A stretch of 64,000 bases of DNA from a bacterium (GTDB lineage: Bacteria > UBA8248). The DNA lies in the NCBI GenBank assembly GCA_965207065.1, contig OZ242260.1, positions 2,816,001 through 2,880,000 of the forward strand. Direction: 5' to 3'. Both the position numbers and the translations under genes were made by a program. The notes beneath the pieces are model-generated. The model worked only from the letters and a program-made list of their open reading frames with translations. It was not told the origin of the DNA and did not search any database. Below, one piece after another: positions 58,795 through 64,000 of the stretch (position 1 is the first letter of the stretch; each line of letters starts with the position of its first letter).

Positions 58795-59262
58795 ATGAAG
58801 AATTCATGGCTCATGTTGCTGGCGGCCTGCTTGCTGCTCGTATCCGCCTGCCAGCAAAAGCCCATCGAAAGGGCGGCGCGCGGTTCTCTTGCTCCTGCGG
58901 AGGAGAACGTGGTCGTCACGTCCTACTGTCAAAGCTGCCACCTGCACGCGAGTTTCGAGGAAGCCCCGCACGTCGAGAAGCAACAGCTTCGCTATGACGA
59001 GAAAAGCCCGCTGCGCACCGCCAGCCAGTGCCTCGCATGTCACGTCGTTCGTCCCGAGACGTTTTTCAAAAAAGAGCTGCGCAGCACCAGGTTTCCGCAC
59101 GGTGTATTGGTTGATATCGCCAAGATACCGAAGCCGAAACCCACGCCTCGCCTGAAAAGAGAACAAGGCGAGGAGCCTGCGCCCAGGCAAGAGGCTCCAC
59201 CTCCAGCCGTGAAAAAAGAGAAGAAGCAAAAAAAGCGCTGGTATTTCCTCTATCTCTTCTGA
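58795..59262 (+). CDS. Diheme c-type cytochrome lipoprotein
   Basis: Lipobox LVSAC, CQSCH and CLACH. Confidence 0.7.
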   Translation: MKNSWLMLLAACLLLVSACQQKPIERAARGSLAPAEENVVVTSYCQSCHLHASFEEAPHVEKQQLRYDEKSPLRTASQCLACHVVRPETFFKKELRSTRFPHGVLVDIAKIPKPKPTPRLKREQGEEPAPRQEAPPPAVKKEKKQKKRWYFLYLF

Positions 59263-60059
59263 GTCGGGTCGAGCAGGTCTCTCAGCCCGTCGCCCAGGAT
59301 GTTCAGGCCCATGACGGTGAGGGCAATGGCGATTCCCGGATAAATCGTCAGGTGCGGGGCGACGAGCAGGAAATCGCGCCCCTCGGCCAGCATCGCTCCC
59401 CAGCTCGGCTCGGGCGGCTGTATCCCCAGTCCCAGGAAGGAGAGACCCGATTCGGCGAGAATCGCCCCCGCCATTCCGATGCTCGCCTCCACGATGACCG
59501 GCGAGATGATGTTCGCGAACAGGTGGAGGGTGAGGATTCTTCCGGGCGTGGCGCCCGCGGCCAGGGCGGCGGTCACGAATTCGCGCTCGCGCAGCGCCAG
59601 CATCTGTGCGCGGACGAGCCTCGCGTAGCCCACCCATCCGAACACGGAGAGCGATATGACGATGTTCCACAGACTCGGCGCGAGCACCGACATGAGGGCG
59701 ATGGCGAGCAGAATGCCCGGAAAGGCCAGGAACACGTCGGTGACGCGCATGATCGCCTCGTCCCACACCCCGCCGAGATAGCCCGCGATGCCTCCGATGA
59801 CGAGACCCAGCAGCACGGAAACCGAAACGGCGGCGAAGCCCACCGTGAGAGATGTTCTCCCGCCGTGCAATACGCGGCTCAGTATGTCGCGGCCCAGTTT
59901 GTCCCGCCCGAAGGGGTGCGCCGTCTCGGGAGCCGTCAGTCCTTGCGCCAGCTCCATCTCATAGGGGTTTTGGGGCGAGAGGAGAGGGGCGGCCAGGGTG
60001 GCGACCAGCAAAAGGGCGATAATGCCCCCGCCCAGATAGATGGAAAGGCCGCGCCTCAT
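59250..60059 (-). CDS. Peptide/nickel ABC permease (DppC/OppC)
   Basis: HPFGRDKLGRD, ARLVRAQ, ESGLSFLGLG, PSWG. Confidence 0.92.
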   Translation of the reverse strand: MRRGLSIYLGGGIIALLLVATLAAPLLSPQNPYEMELAQGLTAPETAHPFGRDKLGRDILSRVLHGGRTSLTVGFAAVSVSVLLGLVIGGIAGYLGGVWDEAIMRVTDVFLAFPGILLAIALMSVLAPSLWNIVISLSVFGWVGYARLVRAQMLALREREFVTAALAAGATPGRILTLHLFANIISPVIVEASIGMAGAILAESGLSFLGLGIQPPEPSWGAMLAEGRDFLLVAPHLTIYPGIAIALTVMGLNILGDGLRDLLDPTQKR

Positions 60060-60976
60060 GTGAGTCTCACGCGCGGGTCGAGCCAGGCGTAGGCGATGTC
60101 GGCCAGGAAGTTCGCGCTCACGTAGATGGCGGCGATGAACAGCACGCAGCCCTGTACGAGGGGGTAGTCGCGAGACGCGATGGCCTGGATCACCAGCCGC
60201 CCCACGCCGGGCCAGGCGAAGACGGTCTCGGTGATGATGGCGCCCGAGAGCAGAGCGCCGAGCTGGAGGCTCAGGATCGTGATGAGCGGCAGGCAAGCGT
60301 TCTTGAGCGCATGGAGCCAGAGCACCCGCCTCTCTGAAATGCCCTTAGAGCGCGCCGTGCTGATGTAGTCTTGCGGCAGCACTTCCAGCAGGCTCGAGCG
60401 CGCCATGCGCATCAATATCGGCGAGAGCGCGGCGCCGAGCGTCACGGCGGGGAGGATGAGGCTGAAAGCCCCCTCCCGGCCCGAGACGGGGAACCAGCCC
60501 AGCCCGATGGAGAAGACGATGATGAGCAGCGGCCCGAGCCAGAAAACGGGCATGCTCGCGCCCGCCACGGCGAGAAAACCGGCCCCCAGGTCGAGCAGCG
60601 TGCCCTGCCTTCGAGCCGCTGCGATCCCCAGCGGAAGCGAAATGAGAAGTGCGACGGCCATCGAGGCGAGCGTGAGTTCCGCAGAAGCATAGGTGCGCTC
60701 GAAGATGATGGCCGAGACCGCTCTTTTCTGGTGAAGCGAATTCCCTAAGTCTCCTCGCAGCAGCCCGCCCATGTAATCGGCGTATTGAACGCCGATCGGC
60801 CTGTCCAGCCCCAGCGTCTTTCGCAGTTGTTCGCGCTGGGCGGGGCGGGCGGTTTCGCCCAGCATCAGGTCCACCGGGTCGCCCGGCAACACCTGGGTGA
60901 CGATGAAGACGAGCGTCGTCACCCCCCACAGGACGGGGATGAGGAGCAGAATGCGTCTGAAGAGGAATTTTCTCAT
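60056..60976 (-). CDS. Peptide/nickel ABC permease (DppB/OppB)
   Basis: PGDP, LGLDRP, TARSKG, ETVFAWPGVG, RDYP. Confidence 0.93.
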   Translation of the reverse strand: MRKFLFRRILLLIPVLWGVTTLVFIVTQVLPGDPVDLMLGETARPAQREQLRKTLGLDRPIGVQYADYMGGLLRGDLGNSLHQKRAVSAIIFERTYASAELTLASMAVALLISLPLGIAAARRQGTLLDLGAGFLAVAGASMPVFWLGPLLIIVFSIGLGWFPVSGREGAFSLILPAVTLGAALSPILMRMARSSLLEVLPQDYISTARSKGISERRVLWLHALKNACLPLITILSLQLGALLSGAIITETVFAWPGVGRLVIQAIASRDYPLVQGCVLFIAAIYVSANFLADIAYAWLDPRVRLT

Positions 60977-62554
60977 TTATCGTCCCGCCGCCGGGGAGAG
61001 GGTGGCTCTCGCCAGCGAGATGAAATCCGCGTCCGGGTACACCCGATAGCCGGATATGCGCCTGTCGAAGACGGCCACGTTCATGCTGTGCCAAAGATTG
61101 ATGTAGGGAAGCTCACGGCCCAGGATGCGCTGCGCCTCGCCGTAGGCGCGGGCGCGAATATTGGTATCGGCGGATTGCTGGGCCTCTTCCAGGAGCGCGT
61201 CCACGCGCGCGTTCTGGTAGCGGCCCCGGTTGAGGCCGGCCGGCGGCATGAAGCGGCTGTGGAAGATGTAGCGGTAGATGTCGGGGTCCGATATGCCGAC
61301 CCAAGTCAGGCTGTAGAGCTGGAAGTTCCCGTTTCTGATGTCGCCGAAAAACGTGCCCCACTCATAAGAGCGGATTTTCATCTTGATTCCCACGCTGGCG
61401 AGTTGATGGCCGAACACGGTGGCGATGCGGCGTCCCAGCTCGTTTTGCGAGGTTTTGTAGACGAGCGTGAAGCGCGGCTCGGGCCCCGGCCCGTCGGGAT
61501 CGGGATAGCCCGCCGCGTCGAGTAGTTTCATGGCCAGTTCCGGGCGGTGCGCGTAGTTGGGAAGACCTTTTTTGTGGGCCCAGTGATCCGGCGGTAGCAG
61601 GCTGTCCGCCTCCTGGACGAGGCCCTTGTGGATGAAGCGCACAATAGGCCTCCTGTCGATGGCGTGGGCGATTGCGCGCCGCACCTCGAGTTTGGAGAGT
61701 ATCGGGTCACTCAGGTTGAAGCCGATGTAGGTGAAGTTCGTGCCCAGCCGCTTTCGTATCACAAGCCGTTTGTTTTTGACGAAGCGCGGCAGAATGTCGG
61801 GTGAGAAGGCGTTCTGGAGGAAATCGACGCCTCCGCTTTCGAGTTCCAGGACGCGGATGGTCTCCTCCGGCAGGATCCGGAAGATGAGGCGCTCATAAGC
61901 GGGCTTGCCGGCGAAGTAACCGGAGAATGCCTTGAGGGTGATTCGCTCGTCCGGCGTGAATTCCACGAACTGGAACGGGCCGGAGCCTATGGGTTTTTGG
62001 GCGAAGCGGCTCCCTGCCTCGCGCGCGCTTTTGGGGAGGATGCCGACCATCAGGGATTCCGCGAACGAGGCGGAGGGTTTCTTGAGGTGAAAGACGACCC
62101 TGTGCGGCGTGGGCGTTTCGATGCGCGCGAGTTCCTTGAGTCCCGCCGCCTTGGGCGAGGCGAGTGAGGGGTCGCGAATGGAGTCGAAAGTGTATTTTAC
62201 GTCGGACGCGGTGAGGGCTACGCCGTTGTGGAACCGTACCCCGCGCCTGAGTTCGAAGCGATGGACGAGAGGTGTGGGCCGCTCCCAACGCTCGGCGAGT
62301 TCCAGGACGATGCGGCCCTCGTGGTCTTGCGATATCAGCCGGCTGAAGATGAAGCGCTGCACTTTGGAGGAAATGGCGTCTTGCGACAGCCTCGGGTCGA
62401 GTTGCGTGGGGTTGGTTCCGATGCCGACGACGATGGCGTCGTTTTTTTGCGAACGCTCCTCCCCGCAGGCGGATAAACTCGCACACGCCACCATGAGAAC
62501 AACAAAAACAAGCGATTTATTTCGCACCTGATCATACCGGCGGGCGGGAGACAT
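60977..62554 (-). CDS. Peptide ABC substrate-binding lipoprotein (family 5)
   Basis: LDP, LRRGVRFHNG..LTASDV, PIGSGPF, VRRAIAHAIDR. Confidence 0.92.
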   Translation of the reverse strand: MSPARRYDQVRNKSLVFVVLMVACASLSACGEERSQKNDAIVVGIGTNPTQLDPRLSQDAISSKVQRFIFSRLISQDHEGRIVLELAERWERPTPLVHRFELRRGVRFHNGVALTASDVKYTFDSIRDPSLASPKAAGLKELARIETPTPHRVVFHLKKPSASFAESLMVGILPKSAREAGSRFAQKPIGSGPFQFVEFTPDERITLKAFSGYFAGKPAYERLIFRILPEETIRVLELESGGVDFLQNAFSPDILPRFVKNKRLVIRKRLGTNFTYIGFNLSDPILSKLEVRRAIAHAIDRRPIVRFIHKGLVQEADSLLPPDHWAHKKGLPNYAHRPELAMKLLDAAGYPDPDGPGPEPRFTLVYKTSQNELGRRIATVFGHQLASVGIKMKIRSYEWGTFFGDIRNGNFQLYSLTWVGISDPDIYRYIFHSRFMPPAGLNRGRYQNARVDALLEEAQQSADTNIRARAYGEAQRILGRELPYINLWHSMNVAVFDRRISGYRVYPDADFISLARATLSPAAGR

Positions 62555-62683
62555 CTGGAGATTCGCATACGCCGCGTCCCATCGTCAACGCGGTGCACCC
62601 TCGTGGTTTACAGCCTTCTCCGGGGGGATTAAGATTCGCCTCGGTGGTGATTTCTCGATTCAACGACCTGGAGGTTTTCCCCG

Positions 62684-63232
62684 ATGAGATGGAGCAGGAG
62701 TCTTTTGAAGCGATCCTTGCGCCTGGTGGTGACGGCGCTCGCTTTCCTCCTCATAAGCGTAGGCTCGGTGGCGGCTGCGCCATATGATGAGAATCGCCCC
62801 AAGGTGGGGCAAAAGGCGCGTGATTTCGAAATCCAGGGCTTCAAGCTCTCCGACCTCAAGGGCAGGAAGAACCTCGTGATGGTTTTCTATCGGGGCCACT
62901 TCTGAGTGATTTGCCAGCGGCAACTCGTTGAGTTCCAGAGATTTTCCGGGAAGATACACGGACTTCAGACCGAGATCATCGCCATCAGCGCGGACAACGC
63001 GCTTGAAATGAACAAGACGACGAGGGAGTTGGGCATCCGGTATCTGCTGATATCGGACCCGAAGAAACGAATTATCAAAGACTTCGGGGTGCTGCATCCC
63101 AGAGAGGGGATCGCCCGGCCAGCCACCGTCATCATCGACAAGAGCGGCGTGGTTCGCTACGTTCATGTGGGCAAATATCCCAGCGACCGCCCCTCGGTTC
63201 AACAGGTGATGCAGGCCCTCGCTTTTTTGTGA
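62684..63232 (+). CDS. Peroxiredoxin-like (AhpC/TSA) protein with signal peptide and in-frame TGA (62903-62905), probable selenoprotein (UxxC)
   Basis: VGQKARDF...LSDLKG...FYRGHF-TGA-VICQRQL...IIAISAD...LISDP...RPATVIIDKSG. Confidence 0.85.
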
Positions 63233-63283
63233 AATGAATACCCGGTATTCCCGCCCCCGCCCGGCGCGTAACGGACACCGAAT

Positions 63284-64000
63284 ATGAGATTCATGAAGCA
63301 AGACTCAGCGTGCCGGATTTTCAGGTTCTCCTTGTGGGCGATGATTCTGTGCCTCGCCGCCATATGCGCGTCGGACGCCTTCGCCGCAAGAAAAAAGCGC
63401 GCGCCGAAAAAAAAGATCGCTTCCAAAGGCATCGTCTCGAAGGCCGCCTTCCAGGCCAGGGTGAGGCGCGCCGTAAAAAGGCAGTGCGTCCGCCCGGGAC
63501 GCCTAGGACTCTACATTCGCTCGGTTTCCACCGCTCAGACGCTCTATTCTCATAACGCCGCCACGAAGCGGATTCCTGCATCGAACGTCAAACTCTTCAC
63601 GGCCGCCGCCGCGCTCGCGCGTCTGGGGCCGGACTACCGCTTCGCCACCGATTTTTACGCGAAGGGCAAGGTTCGAGGCGGCGTCCTGCGGGGAGACCTG
63701 TATCTCAAGGGCTACGGCGATCCGCATTTCGTGCATGAAAGGATGCGTGACTTCGTTCGCCGCCTCAAGCTGCGCGGCGTGAGGCGCATCGAGGGCGACC
63801 TGGTGGCGGACGATACGTTTTTCGATGAGAAAAAACACGGGCGCGGGTGGCGCGTGGGCCGCTCCATCCGGCCGTATCTGGCGCCGCACGGGGCTTTGTC
63901 CCTGAATTTTGGTTCGGCGAACGTGCTCGTGGCTCCGGGTGATGGGGCCGGTACGCCGGCGATGGCGAATCTCGAGCCGCCCTCGCGCGCGCTTCGTCTC
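63284..64000 (+). CDS. dacB: D-alanyl-D-alanine carboxypeptidase/endopeptidase (PBP4, S13), truncated by window edge
   Basis: Manual translation PASNVKLFTAAAAL..LGPDYRFAT..GDLYLKGYGDP. Confidence 0.9.
   Translation, partial: MRFMKQDSACRIFRFSLWAMILCLAAICASDAFAARKKRAPKKKIASKGIVSKAAFQARVRRAVKRQCVRPGRLGLYIRSVSTAQTLYSHNAATKRIPASNVKLFTAAAALARLGPDYRFATDFYAKGKVRGGVLRGDLYLKGYGDPHFVHERMRDFVRRLKLRGVRRIEGDLVADDTFFDEKKHGRGWRVGRSIRPYLAPHGALSLNFGSANVLVAPGDGAGTPAMANLEPPSRALRL

Overview
A 64-kb GC-rich bacterial chromosomal window. The gene content and the dense GTAGGG/CCCTAC REP-like repeats resemble Nitrospinota/Tectomicrobia-type genomes, but this is inference only. It carries housekeeping and metabolic genes: mtnA (partial), tRNA-Asp, tRNA-Ala, three ABC systems, E1 alpha/beta, lpdA, queF, class II ribonucleotide reductase nrdJ with NrdR boxes, an RND pump and dacB (partial). 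It also has a periplasmic cytochrome/MauG-like cluster and a toxin-antitoxin and gene-decay hotspot at about 42-46 kb. Four observations stand out. (1) A three-unit tandem array of a structured, covarying, minus-strand RNA motif with an invariant 21-nt core lies between nrdJ and tRNA-Ala (37668-37960); I do not recognise it as any known family. (2) Two genes that the ORF track splits at an in-frame TGA look like selenoproteins (AhpD-like CxxU; signal-peptide peroxiredoxin-like UxxC), each with a similar hairpin loop beginning 21 nt after the TGA. (3) A 32-bp identical inverted repeat pair 17.5 kb apart brackets a visibly lower-GC segment. (4) Direct repeats of about 75 bp flank a Fic gene, and several small paralog families and duplications are present.
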